Assembly (NCBI RefSeq): GCF_000315625.1
Contig: NW_005434644.1
Span: 575,377 to 639,376, forward strand
DNA: 64,000 nucleotides
DNA from: Guillardia theta CCMP2712
Lineage: Eukaryota; Protista; Cryptophyta
Direction: 5' to 3'
The notes beneath the pieces are model-generated. The model ran no database searches and had not been told where the DNA came from. It saw nothing but the letters and a program-made list of their open reading frames with translations. A program made the position numbers and the translations under genes. Every line of letters begins with the position of its first letter. Within the stretch, counting starts at the first letter, position 1. This document shows, piece by piece, positions 36,988 to 49,659 of the stretch.

Positions 36988-38050
36988 GCTGGAACAACCT
37001 GCCGAAACGAGTCAGGATGCTGCCAAGACACAAAATGCATAGAGCAGTAGACACTGTTCCGCGCAACACGAGCGCGATTATGTTACTTTCTAAGATGATT
37101 TAAACCATAAATTTTGATTGATACACAACACGCAAGCGCTTTGTACGAAATCAACCGCTGTCCTTGTGGAATTTGCTGCCCCGTGCATATCAATAAAAAA
37201 TACTCAATTCACATTGATCTCCAATCCAGCAACAACCTGAACTCATGTGTTTTGAACGCAGTATATAATGAACATAAACATCTTTCAGGCATCACACACG
37301 TAAAAAATCCTGGAAAACTGTTGAGAGTTTCCATCACACATCTAATGTTTCATTGATTGTAAGTCAGAAATCATTATGAAAAGTAGATCTGAACCAAACG
37401 TGGACATTCATGCCTCGATCTGTCCCCCTTTTCTCTCTCTCCCTCTTTCTCTCAATCGCGATGGCGTGCCTATTCGCTGTGACTCAAGCAGGGGCTACCT
37501 TCCTCTCTCCCTCCCTCTTTGTTCTGATGGATCTGATGCCCACATGCATCCTGATCTTTCTTTCTCACTCTCATGGTGTTTCAGTCTTCTCCTCATCCTC
37601 GGATTTCTCTCCCTCTTTCTCTCGCACAAGTCCTCCACGCTCGTACTAATGCATAACTTCCTTTCACCGCATTTAGCTACAGCAGTTACATGTCCGTTAT
37701 TTTTCTATGCGCCCTGAGCGGCGAGGCCCCAAGCCCCCGCCAGCCCGGGCCCGGTCAGCCGGATGCCCGGGCCGCCACGGTACCGTTCGCCCCCGCCGTG
37801 AACAAACATGATGTTTGTGTTCACGATTTCAAAGTTTACTCCTGACACTACCGTTCTGTACCACGGTATGATCGGCACTGTAATCTAGGTCAAATTGAAT
37901 ATTCGGGCGGCTCCTGCCCAGACTACTAGAATGGTTCCGACTCGGAACTTGATAACTTCCGAGGCAGGGCGGCAAGCGCGAGACCGCCGGCGCAGCAAGA
38001 CGCCGCCGAACCGTTGAACGGCCGGAAATTTCAGGAAGCTTGCCGTCAGA

Positions 38051-40693
38051 TCAAAGAAGCCCGTCAATAATAAGGGATCGATGTTCGCTGGCTATTCCTA
38101 GCTCCTCCAACCTAAATTTCGATCAGTGGAGGACCTCGTGGAAACACTGTCAAGTCAGCACCTGCTCTCATCCATTTCGCTCAGCTTTGCTCCATCCAAT
38201 GACTCACGTCGAAACAGATCAATGTACATGAGGAGACCTTTGGAGGTCAGTGCCTCACATACCTAATTATGATGTCAGAGCACTAAATCACTGCAGGCAG
38301 GCGATACACCTCTTCCAGCGTCATCTCCCGCAGTGAAGTTTCCCTCAGAGTCTCCGCTTGTGCAGGAAAGTCGTCAGAGTCTCCAATGTCAGCACTCCCA
38401 GCCCCTCGAGACGTTGAAGCCACCAGCCTACAAATCGCAATCAGACCATTCATACTCGCCTGTTCACTAAGGATGTCAAACCTTTCGGCTCCTCCATATC
38501 TATCCAGCTCAAGATGCAGCAGTTGCACTTGCAGCGCGAGCTTATCACGAATGTCTTTGAGTTTTGAACGTCCATCATGCCTTGAGCCACCGTCACATGC
38601 GCCGCCGCTTCCATGTGGTTCTGGCTCTCCATTCGCTGGGCCTGCTGTACATGGAGCCTCGGCACTAGACGTGTACATCTCATCAAGCGCATTATGCAGC
38701 TCTTCCATTTCAGTCAAGCCTTGATCAAGCTGCAGCAACATGAATCCGTAAGCACAGACAGTTCAAGTTACCTGCATCGCAACACTACGAAGTGATCGGA
38801 ACATTTCCGTGGATTGTTCAGCAGAACTAAAAACATGATGAGAGAAGCATCGTTCAAAAACAGTTGCAAAACTACCGGCCGACATCGAAAGCAGCACTGT
38901 TTGCACCTCGGATGAAATCGTTCGCCATGGGCACTGGCCTAGCACCGCTTGACTGGGGAGGAGCACTTGCCATTCCAGCAACCGCTGCACCGCAAGGGGC
39001 AACTTCGTCATCTCTTTGGTGGGCATTGTCATCAGCCTTTCCATTAACCGGACTTGCTCTCGGCGATAATCTGTGTGCTGTTGGCGACGGGGGATTGTGG
39101 ACTACATTGTGTTCTTGTCTCCATGCATGAGCATCTTCCCACAATTTTTGAAGTGTAGTGTCCGTGTCAAGCCCAACCCTGGGTTGGACTTCTGTCGTCG
39201 ATACATAAGAAGAGAAGATTATAGTGCAAGCATGTCTGCAGGGCAAATTGTCTGCCCACTGTCCCTCAAGCATCACGCCATCTGGCCATGTCCAAACTCC
39301 ATTTCCATGTTTCAAGTTGTTCTTGTATTCCCCATTGTATTTCCTTCCATCAGGCCAAGTATAAACCTTGTAATGAAAATCAATAATGCTTTCAGCAAAT
39401 GACACACATTTACCCCATGTCCATGCATCTTGTCTTTGAGATAATATCCTTCATATCTCCTTCCGTCCGCGTGGGTCAAAATACCAAAGCCAGTGCACTT
39501 GCTTTGCACCCACGCCCCACGGTATACACGACCATCACCCCATGCCATGTAGCCCTGGCCAGTTTGCATGCCATCCAAGTATTCGCCTTTCAATCACATT
39601 CACAACTTTGAAATTCTTAGATTCAATCGTTTTCGCACCTTTGTACATCGAACCATCCGGCCATGTATGCAAACCATGGCCATTCTTCTTATTGTCCTTG
39701 TACTCACCATCGTATTTTGCCCCATTGGCCCATGTGTAAATACCATGACCCTGCGCAGAATTTTCAATCCTCAACCTGGGCCTTTCAGATGCAATACCTG
39801 CATCTTGTCGTTGACATACTCTCCTGCATATCGTCTTCCATCCTTGTGCGTCAAAATGCCAAAACCGGTGCATTTGCTGTTGACCCAGTATCCTTCGTAA
39901 CGCCTTCCATCTGCCCAAGTCATCAAGCCATAACCGGTCTGTACTGAATCCACGTATTCTCCTTCGTATCTATGAAAACCACGTATCAATAATTCTTCCA
40001 AAGTCTCATGAATCCAAGCTGCACCTTGCGCCACTTGGCCAAGTCTGCACACCACGGCCATTCTTCTTGTCTTCTCTGTATTCACCTTCATAGCGTGCTC
40101 CTTCTGCCCAATAGTACACTGAAACGAGAATCAGGATATTATCCAACCCAATCACGCTTTACCCCCTTTGCCATGCATCTTGTCAAGCTTATACTCGCCC
40201 TGTACAATCAGATTACTTCCGTTTACAAGCAAACAAAGCAAGTTCTTTACCACGTATCTTCTTCCATCTTTGTATGTAAGGACACCCCTACCATTACATC
40301 TGTTTTCAAACCATTCCCCATCGTATCTCCTTCCATCCGCCCAAACCATGAACCCTCGGCCAGTCATCATGTCTTCTACCCATTCTCCCTCATATCTATG
40401 ATGCCGTCATTTGCATCTACCATCTTTCACAATGCAAATGAGACACTCACCGGCTCCCGTCACCCCACGTCTTGACATGATATCCATTTTTGGCCTGATA
40501 GTGTGCTCCTGTATGTGGAGCTGGGACGGGATTGGCCATCCTCCCAGGAAAATTGATGTAGCGACGTCAAGCCCGTAAGATACTGGCCTCCAATCCTGTA
40601 AACGTGTTCGTTATGCCTTGTACGACACGCCATACACATCATGGAATGTTGGCAAAGAATAACAGAACAAAAATGCAGTGCTACACCCATCAT
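38051..40693 (-). CDS. MORN-repeat protein with C-terminal SAM domain (start uncertain)
   Basis: Many YEGEW...GxG..TWxDG MORN repeats. The spliced C-terminus VCEALTSKGLLMYIDLFRRESLDGAKLSEMDESRLEELGIASEHRSLIIDGLL* is SAM-like. Confidence 0.85.
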
Positions 40694-42310
40694 TCACGCA
40701 AAATCTAATTCAGTTCCAAAAGATGCTACTGCTTGCTGCTGAAAGTGCTTGGGGTCAAGGTTGTGCATTGAAAAGTTTTAAAAATACGAGTGCAGCAGGG
40801 TTCTGTTCAAGATAGGCACACTACTCACGTGGATTCGATAAGGGAGGGGAAAAAATATTCTTGCTTGCTCGTTATACATACGTATGAATTCTACCAACTA
40901 TTATTGATCCACTTCCCTGACTTACATGTCCTGAAACCCTCAACTACCCTCCAAGAACATTCAACGACATAGCAGACAAACACAAACACTCATGCCTGTC
41001 AAGAAACCTTCACTCATACGATCCATGCTCCATGAGAATCTTCACGACCAATCACGACCTCTCAGATCTCTCTCTTCCTCTCAACTCTCTTCTCAGCATT
41101 TATCCAGCCTCCCTTCCCATCGTTCTCGGCATCAGCTTGGCTAGCCTAAGACGCTGTCCTAGGAAGCGAAGAAAGCCTAGCGCCCTACACCCTGGTCATA
41201 TTAGTTTATAAAGTTGGTACTTGGATAATATAAGTTTTAGATTCCTGGCACTTTCAAAGCAATCTTGGGGCGTTGAACAGAAACTTTTTATAGAAGATAC
41301 AAAATTGGCTGGGCTAAAATGAAATCTGGAGTCCATTATGTCAGATTTCACCTGACCCTTTCTGTCGTAGTCTCATCAGCATGTAAATAAGTCTACTACT
41401 CTTAAAATATTTTTGACAGTACAATCTAAACAGCGATGTCCCTCTCAAAATTTCCTTCAAAATACACTTTTGTTTTAAAAATTGTTATTAACTGTTGGCT
41501 TACTGCCGCAGCTTCTAAACTGCTTGTAAAACATTGAAATTAAAAGTTCAAATTTCATTTCACAAGATCGGTTTTCTCAAGTTCAGACGGTCACTGGCTT
41601 TACGGTCGCCGTCTCAGTCCGAAGTTCACCATCACTGAGTGCAGTTCCGGGGCCGCGGCAGCCCGGCGCCGCGGCCCGGGCCCGGGCCGTGCCGTGGCCA
41701 TCCGCCGATGATGATCGCCGGGATGATGCCGACCGTGCTGCAGTGCGCAGCCGCCGGCACGGTCGGCGGCCGGTCGCGCGCGGCGTGACTCTGGCATCAG
41801 ATTGGCAAGCCGCGGCCCTTTCAAAGCAAGTTCGAACTTCGGAAAGCCTGCCGGGCGGCAACTTGGCGGAAGTTCCGTGGCCCATGGCAGGCCGCTCAGA
41901 CAACTGACCCGCGCCGCATAATGATTAGCAGATTTATTATCAAAACATGCCAGCAGTCACTTTGAAGAGTCTCAGTCCCGGTCAGGCTGATCAAAGGCGA
42001 GAGTCGGAGACCATTTGCGATGAACGGCGAAAGCGGCTGTCAACAGCCTCAACATGCACGTCAACATGAGTCTGCAATATTTCGTCCGCAGCTGATGCAT
42101 ACGGGCGGCGGCAGGGACAGCAGTGACATCATTGCACTGTCCCGGCGTGATCGGACCAACTTGGGGCCATGCATTGATAGTCACTGAGGCGCCGCCAAGA
42201 CAACGTTCGGCCGCATTTGTCTCAAATCAGTGGCCGCAGCAATCATGAGCTTTTCTCAGTGATCACCCATACGATCTACTAAGCTTCCTGAATCCCACGT
42301 ATCATGTGCT

Positions 42311-44425
42311 TCACTCCTTGCCAGTTGAAACTGGGGAAGAATTTGGGAGGAAGAAAAGGCAGGCAAGCTTGTAGACGTTTCCTCGAATGCGGACAGAAGA
42401 CACGCCCCACCTGAGAAATGCAAATAAATGAGAGAGCTCTCGATGACCCTCGATCCTTACTCTATTTGGTTCCACAGCAATCCCTTCTCCACGATGGTAC
42501 AGTCAGCCTCTGGCAGTGGGACCTGAAAGGAAAGAGCTGAGGAAGGAAATACTGGCAAAGGAAGCTCGACCCCAGCCTCTTGGATCACAGCTTTACTGGT
42601 GGTTCTTGGTTTGAGACATTCGGCAAAGCGGTAAGTCGCCTGCGACACAGCAATCATGTCGGGAATGCAAAGAAGAATAGCTCCGCACAGGTTGTCCTTG
42701 AACATGATTTTCAAGCGAAAGCTCATATCGTTTGCGATCCCTGATCCGAGAGCAGTTAGGCCCTCATAGAAAGAGATGCACAAGCACCCCACTCGCTTTC
42801 ATTTTACCTGGTCTCAGCGTACATTGACTGTGTCTGCAACCGAACTGATGTCCAATACTGAAATTGAGGAGGGAGGTTTCAATAATGACCAGGGGAAACA
42901 TAGCTCAAGCCTAATATCAAATCTGCATACCTTTGCATCTGGCGATCTGTCTGCTACCACGGACAATGAATATTTGAATGCAGGTTCATTGCCTACCACG
43001 AGGGTCATGACATCTTCGTCAACTCTAAGTGACTTACTCAAGCTGAAAATGACACGAGCTTCAGAAAAAGCGTTGTGACTCTTGATGGAATATCTTTCCA
43101 ATCGAACAGGGCGAAGAACCTAGAAGGCAGGAGCACATCACTTTTATATGAAGAAAGATAGGTGATCCCAAGTCGGCCTCACCACGTGCGTCAATTTGGC
43201 TTCATCCTCTGTCGTTTTGCAGATTGCACTCCCCTCCAATCTCATCGAAAGGCCTATTTATACGACAAAATGTAACATCTTGAGAACAAGACAAGAGATA
43301 TTTTGCACCTTTATGCTCATAGCCCGTCAGTGATCTGGACTTCAAACTATTCCTCATACTGCTCGTATAAACCGACTGCCCTTCCAAAATTCGCATGATC
43401 ATGACCTACCCATAAAATTTAGATCGACATGCCATGTTAGTTTCCCCAATCTTTACAGGTACTCACCAGAACAGAAAACTTCGGTGGTTCAGCAGTAGGA
43501 GTGATTATTCCTGAGTGCACAGCAATGGCAACAAGGTCTGAATCGTCCGTGTAGGGCTCGTTGCCCCAAATTCTGCGTTCCTTGATACCCAAGTTGTCCT
43601 GCGTTCAAAATTCAAAACAAAGACAAAAAAGAAACGAAGGGATAGTTTTCATGGGTATGAAAGAATGAAAAAAATAAGAACAATGTAATATTCACAAGGA
43701 TGACAACCTGAGTGATATGCTTCGCTTCAATCTCGCAACGAACGAGATCCCCAGCTTTGAACCCACTGAGAGATTTGCCAGCAGTGTACTGCACTTTTTC
43801 CAGATCTGTTGAGAGAAACATATTACAAACATCCCTCTGGATTCCTTGGCTTCAGAAATCATAAGAACTATATACAATCCGCGCGTGCGTCTTGCTAGGA
43901 AAGGCACAAAAGGAGCTGGGGTGTGGGTGGGTGAGTCGGAGGCGGATCTTCTCAGCAACAGAAAAACAAGGTAAAATCCAAATAGGAATCGAGTAATATC
44001 AAGCAAGAGAGACTGCAAGGGCACTGCAAAGCAATCCCGCAAAGATTTCCACAACTATAACTCCTATTTGTACAATGTAACAACAAACACTTACTGTCAA
44101 TCTGGAGTTTTGGCGCCTCTGGCCCAACTCCTCCAGCAGCTCCTTGCGTGGCGACAGAGAGAGCTGTATCTCCTGTTGCAGTCTCAATGCCCTCCATCTT
44201 GCTATCCACCTCTCCAGCTGCAGCAAAAGGGAAGAGTTAGGGCATCGTAAAGCACCGCCTACATCAAGGACAGAAATGCAGTAGAGGGACAAAAAATAGA
44301 TGAGCAGGGGCGAGAACGCAACAAAGCGCCAAGACAAGTCATCCAGGTCCGATTTCCCAACCATCTTCGCCGGAATCCGTTACTTTGCTCCCATTCTCAG
44401 TCTTGGATTTCTTCTTCGGCGCCAT
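42311..44425 (-). CDS. Histone deacetylase complex subunit, Rxt3/HDC1-like
   Basis: IWGNEPYTDDSDLVAIAVHSG, YTSSMRNSLKSRS, NEPAFKYSLSVVAD and WNQIEWGVSSVRIRG. The start MAPKKKSK is NLS-like. Confidence 0.8.
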
Positions 44426-44624
44426 GATGTGCTGCGGCCAGTTACGAAATGTTTCCCAGGACTTCAAATAATTCTCCTAATTTTCAATTTTTATTCAAAT
44501 TTTTGACACAGTTCCAAAGCTAAAAAGCCCCTCAAATTTGAGATCCTTTCTGTAATTGTTGGGTTCAGTTTCGATATAAGATACCAAGTTTCAAATTTAC
44601 ACAAATAATCATAAATCTTTACTT

Positions 44625-45055
44625 AATGAATGGGCATGGGGTGGGGTAATGTCTCCAGGGGTAGCATCATTGGATGCCCCTGGAAACATTACCCTACCCC
44701 ATTCGAATCCTCAGAGAAGACAGGGGTGCGTATATCATAGAGTCCTGGGGTTCAGGTGTACTTCGAAAAAGGGTAGGGTATCAGATGATGAGGGTGGGTA
44801 GTGCCACAAGCATTCATTCACTCTCCAGCGCATGCTTGCCTTGAAAGGGGGTGGGTATCTTATAGAAGGGGTACTAAAATTTCATCACAGGACTTTGTTA
44901 CAAAATATGGGGTCACTTTAACCCATGATGACCAATACAAAGTACCGGTGATATATTACCCCCACCCCAAATATTTGGAGATTACCCCTGCTGATCCCCT
45001 TTTGTCCAGTGCGTCCTACCACCTACCCCTGGCACACATATAACGATCCCCCTTG
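44625..45055. promoter_or_regulatory. Divergent intergenic region with GGGGT/ACCCC arrays and a 26-bp-arm hairpin
   Basis: Lies between ATGs at 44425 (-) and 45061 (+). Inverted repeat at 44636-44702. Confidence 0.55.
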
Positions 45056-45060
45056 GAATC

Positions 45061-47068
45061 ATGCTGAAGCGATGCGCTCGCGACGAGATGCCGGTGGAGC
45101 TGAGTGAGCCCGTGGCCCCCAAGGCCCTCGAGCAATCGAAGACCATAGTCGAGGATGTGAAGTCAAGAGGGGAAGCGGCTGTTCGTCACTGGGCAGAGAA
45201 GTTCAACGAGGTCAAAGAGGGCGAGAGCCTCGTGGCTGACAAGGACGAGCTCAAGGCCGCCTACGATACTCTTTCCATTGATCAGCAGGGCGTTCTTACC
45301 CGCGTGGTGCGATACTGCCTTGATTGGAACCCCGAAGTTCTAATCTTCTTGTGAAAGGCCGACAGAATCCAAAAGTTTGCCGTCGCTCAGAGGGCTAGTA
45401 TTCAAGACACCGAAGTTGTGATCCCGGGCGGAAAGGTCTGCATTCCCTTGTCTCCGCATGGTGGAAGTGAATTTTTCACTTCCTTGCAGGCGGGACAGCT
45501 AGTAAGCGCAGTCGAGAATGCAGGATGCTATGCGCCAGGAGGACGCTACCCGCTGCCCTCCAGTGTTCTCATGACGGCTGTCACTGCAAGGGCTGCCGGA
45601 GTGAAGAACGTGTGGGTTGCGAGCCCTCATCCTGACCAGGTGCAGTGAATTTTTGATGTGTGTGATGGTTTCTGATGAAGGCATGAAGGTCACCAAGGCA
45701 GCTGCTCACGTTGCTGGAGCCGATGGAATGCTCAAGGTTAATTTGCAATGGTTGTGGTATTTCTGCATTTTAATCTTCAACATAGGTGGGAGGAGCTCAA
45801 GCCATAGCAGCCTTAGCGCAGGTAGAGGATGTAACTACATTGTACTTGCTCTAAGATGCTCTATGAAGGGAATAGGCAAAATACCGGCTTGCAACATCAT
45901 CGTGGGTCCTGGAAATCAGTGGGTTACAGCTGCGAAATCGCTCGTACAAGGACAGGTTGTATTCTTTGTGAAAATACCAGAGCGATGGTAATAGAATTTG
46001 AATGGGTCAGTGTGCGATCGACATGCTTGCTGGACCATCCGAAGTGCTGGTTATTGCGGATGAGACTGCAGATCCCAAAACAGTACTGTCGCGTTGCAAC
46101 TCTTCCGCTGGTTACTCTAGTCCAGGTTGCAGCTGATCTCCTCGCACAAGCTGAGCACGATGTGGAGTGGGTGGAAATCATTGCCATGCTCTTGTCTTAT
46201 GCATCTTCAGATCACGGCCGATCCTTATCACCACTCACGAGCCATTGCTCACTGCAGTGAACAGTGAGCTCAAAGTACAGGTATGAGATGAGCAGATTCG
46301 AATATAAGGTTGTGATTTTATGTAATTAGCTTGATGACCTTCCTTCGCCCAACTGTGATACAGCAAAGCAAGCTGTTGCAAAAGGGTCAGAGAGGCGCTC
46401 TGTTGTTCGACTCAATTGAGCCCCCGAGCAGATTTTGTGTTGTCACGAAGTCAATGGACGAAGCCATCGAAATCAGCGACCAGATTGCCCCTGAGCATTT
46501 GGAGATTATGACAGCCGACGCCATGCAGGCAAGTTTTTTCCAGCTTGTAACGATTGCTGTTACATTCTCTGTTTTGCAGGTCGGTATGAAATGTAACAAC
46601 TATGGCGGACTTTTCATCGGTCGATATGCTGCTGAGGTGGAGATTTCAAAAATTCTTCACGTCTCGTGATAGAGATGTCAGGTGTTGGGTGACTACGGGT
46701 GCGGTCCCAATCACGTTCTTCCTACTGGTGGAACCGCAAAGTGATTCCGATATCATCTCGCCCCGGTCATGCGAAATACTGACGTGATGGCATATAGGTA
46801 TACTGGAGGATTGAGCGTGCACACATTCCTCCGCATCAGGACTTGGATGCGTGTTGACAGTCAGGAACAGAACCAGCCGGTATGTTCACGGATCGCATAC
46901 AGTGTTGTTGTCAGGCACTGAACGAAATATGTGCAGGTGGTACAAGATTCAATTGCACTTGGTATTGCGGCAGGTCAACACTTTTGAAATGTTCTGACCT
47001 GGTTTGGTGCAGCACGCATGGAGGGATTGGAAGGACATGCTAGGGCTGCCGAAGTCAGGAAGCTATGA
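45061..47068 (+). CDS. hisD: Histidinol dehydrogenase (about 15 short introns)
   Basis: [71 protein letters not shown] and [10 protein letters not shown]. Confidence 0.95.
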
Positions 47069-48428
47069 GATCTTCAACGAAGACCATGCCCTCAATTTTG
47101 ATGACCCCATGGAGTGTAGGAACATTAGAATTGACACAGCAAGGAATTCTTTTTCGGTTTCCGTTTACTGAATCGACCGAAACAATTCTTTTCACGACCC
47201 CTAGCAGCGGCAACAGGACACAACAGCAAGATAATAACGAGACTTACCCGTGAAGGCTTGCAGGAACATAAGCCCCGTTGAGTTAGCATTCTTGTCCAGG
47301 ACAAGTTGCCATTTGCATATCTGTGCTGTGACGATAGTCTCCACCTCCCTCACTTACAGCTCCGACCGAGGTCGTCTTCGCCAACGTTCGAGCGGTGAAG
47401 GGACTGGCCCTTAAGGCTGGCACTCTCTGCCGCAGTGTCCGGGGACTTTCCCCAGAGGATGAAATCGGCCGTGAAAACACTCCGATGAGTTTGTTACCTC
47501 CGTAGCAAATCGTCCCACAACCTGTGAGAGCGGAAAGAAGGAGAGAGCAAACATCAGCATTTTCGCAATACAGGATGACAGCACGACGACACAGACATCG
47601 ACAACATGCTGCTAGGGAATCGTTTCAAGCTTCTTGTTTCGATGGCTCAAGATTTAGAGCCTTGTGTCCATAAGGTGCATCACAGCCGTAGCTCAGCATT
47701 TGTTTTGGCGTCACCAGCAAAGCTTCAGCCGTCAAATAAAGTTGAATGGGTAAAAACCCAAGCAACCCTGCAACATCCGAATGTCAGTGCTCCGGAACAG
47801 AGGAAGAAAGAGCAAGAGGACGATGAGGGAGGCAGGTGAGATAGCAGGGGGCCGATGGGGAAGATTCATCAACACTGAAGGGAAAGGTGACAGGGGAGGA
47901 GGAGAGACACATGGATAGAGGAGGGGGAGGGGAGGGGAGGGGAGTGAAGCACAATGTTCATGGGATAATTGTCGCACCATAGGACACAAGTTGCTCGTGC
48001 GTGTCGAGGGTCGGAACTAAATAGGCAATCAAAAATAAATTTAATAATAAATATATTTATCAAATCACATATAATGTTGTAAAACTGATGTTTCGACACA
48101 AAAATGCTACCAATTTGTAGAGGTAAAATATTTTCCCTTCAGTCGCCACAAATGGACTTTTTATTATTCAAATATTGATATCAATTCCTGAAATTCTGAT
48201 AATTTCATTGCAAATATATTGGCACACTCCGAAATTGGAACAGTACCGAAATACAAAGTAATAGCCTCCATCAATAGAACTGGATAGTACATGAACTTAT
48301 AAAGTTTTTTATGTATTTTAAAAAAAGATTAAGTTTTACAGTGTGGGAGGACGCTGAGGCGAACTCACATTTATTACTTCTTTTATTTTTGTTCTCCAGC
48401 ACATACAAAAGAAAGGTCTTCGGCTACC

Positions 48429-49621
48429 ATGCGCTCCTTTGCGCTTGCGTGTACTGCGGTGACGCTCATGGCGCCAGGATCCAGCGGCTTTCAGGGAGCC
48501 ATGCCGATCCTTCGATCTCAATGCCAGTCAGGAAAGCAAGTAGCCTGCATGACCTGCGATAGGGGTATCGGCAACTTGAGAATGAACGAGAATGTTGCAA
48601 AGGAGGGAGAGCAAGGACTCGTGATTGGACGAAGGGACATGCTCGTTCGAACCGGCCTTGCACCCCTCATTTTCGGCGCTCTTTTTCCTCAGAATTCATT
48701 TGCAGACATGACACTCAACAGCTTCAAGCGAGCATACTTTCGATATGCTCCTAGGATCGAAGAAGGCCGAGATTTCTTTGTGTTGGAAGTGCGATCATTG
48801 ATTGAGAAGGGAGAATGGGACAAGATAGCTTCACTTTACGAGCTTACATCCGTCGCACAAGTATGAATTCAACGAAAAGCGATAAGGATGACATCGTTTT
48901 GATCGTTCGCTTTGAACAGGAGGGCAGTTCCAAAAAATCAATTGGGCTCGACATTAAGCAATCTGCCCTTGAGCGAACCCTCTTTTTGCCAATGCAGGTG
49001 ATTGTCTTCAGTCAAGATAGATAGAATTTTCTCAAGTTGTGAATTTAGGTCTTTATCACTTCATTTGAAGAGAAAGGAACAGGTCCCAAGCAACGTAAGA
49101 TGAACGCACAGGTTTGTTGGTGACCTTTCGCCGTCTCGGTGTGAATGATTTACCAGGTAGACGAACTGATTCTGGCCTGTGACAAGATCAAAGAAGCTGT
49201 AGAAAAAAAGGATAAGCAGGTAGTAACCCTCACTTGCTCAGCTCTCTTCCTCCCTTCGCTTTTGCTTTCTGATTGATCGAGTGTCACTTAACTTCACTGC
49301 AAGGCTGCGTTGGCCGCATGGGATGAAGGGCGAGAGCACTTCAACAAGTACCTTCGCATTGCCAACAAGGGCATGACAATGCAGGCAGGCAACTCCTTGC
49401 CTGCATGTAAGATCTCAACAGGTAGCAGGTGAGGCAATTCGATCTGATCCCGGAGGACAGCAGCAAGTATGTCAGGACTCCGACCCGGCCTCTCAACACG
49501 TACGCTCAGGTCGGGAAAGCGACACAGGTGAAGATTATCTCCCTCGTTCGATGAACCCTGATTTCAAGAAATTTCTGCACAGCAATTCCAGTTCTGTGAC
49601 GAGAAAGGTTGTGTGAAATAG
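48429..49621 (+). CDS. Nucleus-encoded plastid thylakoid-lumen protein (tripartite targeting), possibly PsbQ-like helical bundle
   Basis: Signal peptide ending SSG|F (+1 Phe), a transit peptide, then twin-Arg GRRDML...hydrophobic...SFA. The mature part begins DMTLNSFKRAYFRYAPRI. Confidence 0.7.
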
Positions 49622-49659
49622 GCTTCAAGTGATAACGACTATTCTTTCGTTAATATACA

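Noticed and set aside
1786-44425. Functional cluster of MSI-like and HDC1/Rxt3 chromatin genes
   Set aside because: They are about 39 kb apart with many unrelated genes between, which is compatible with chance.
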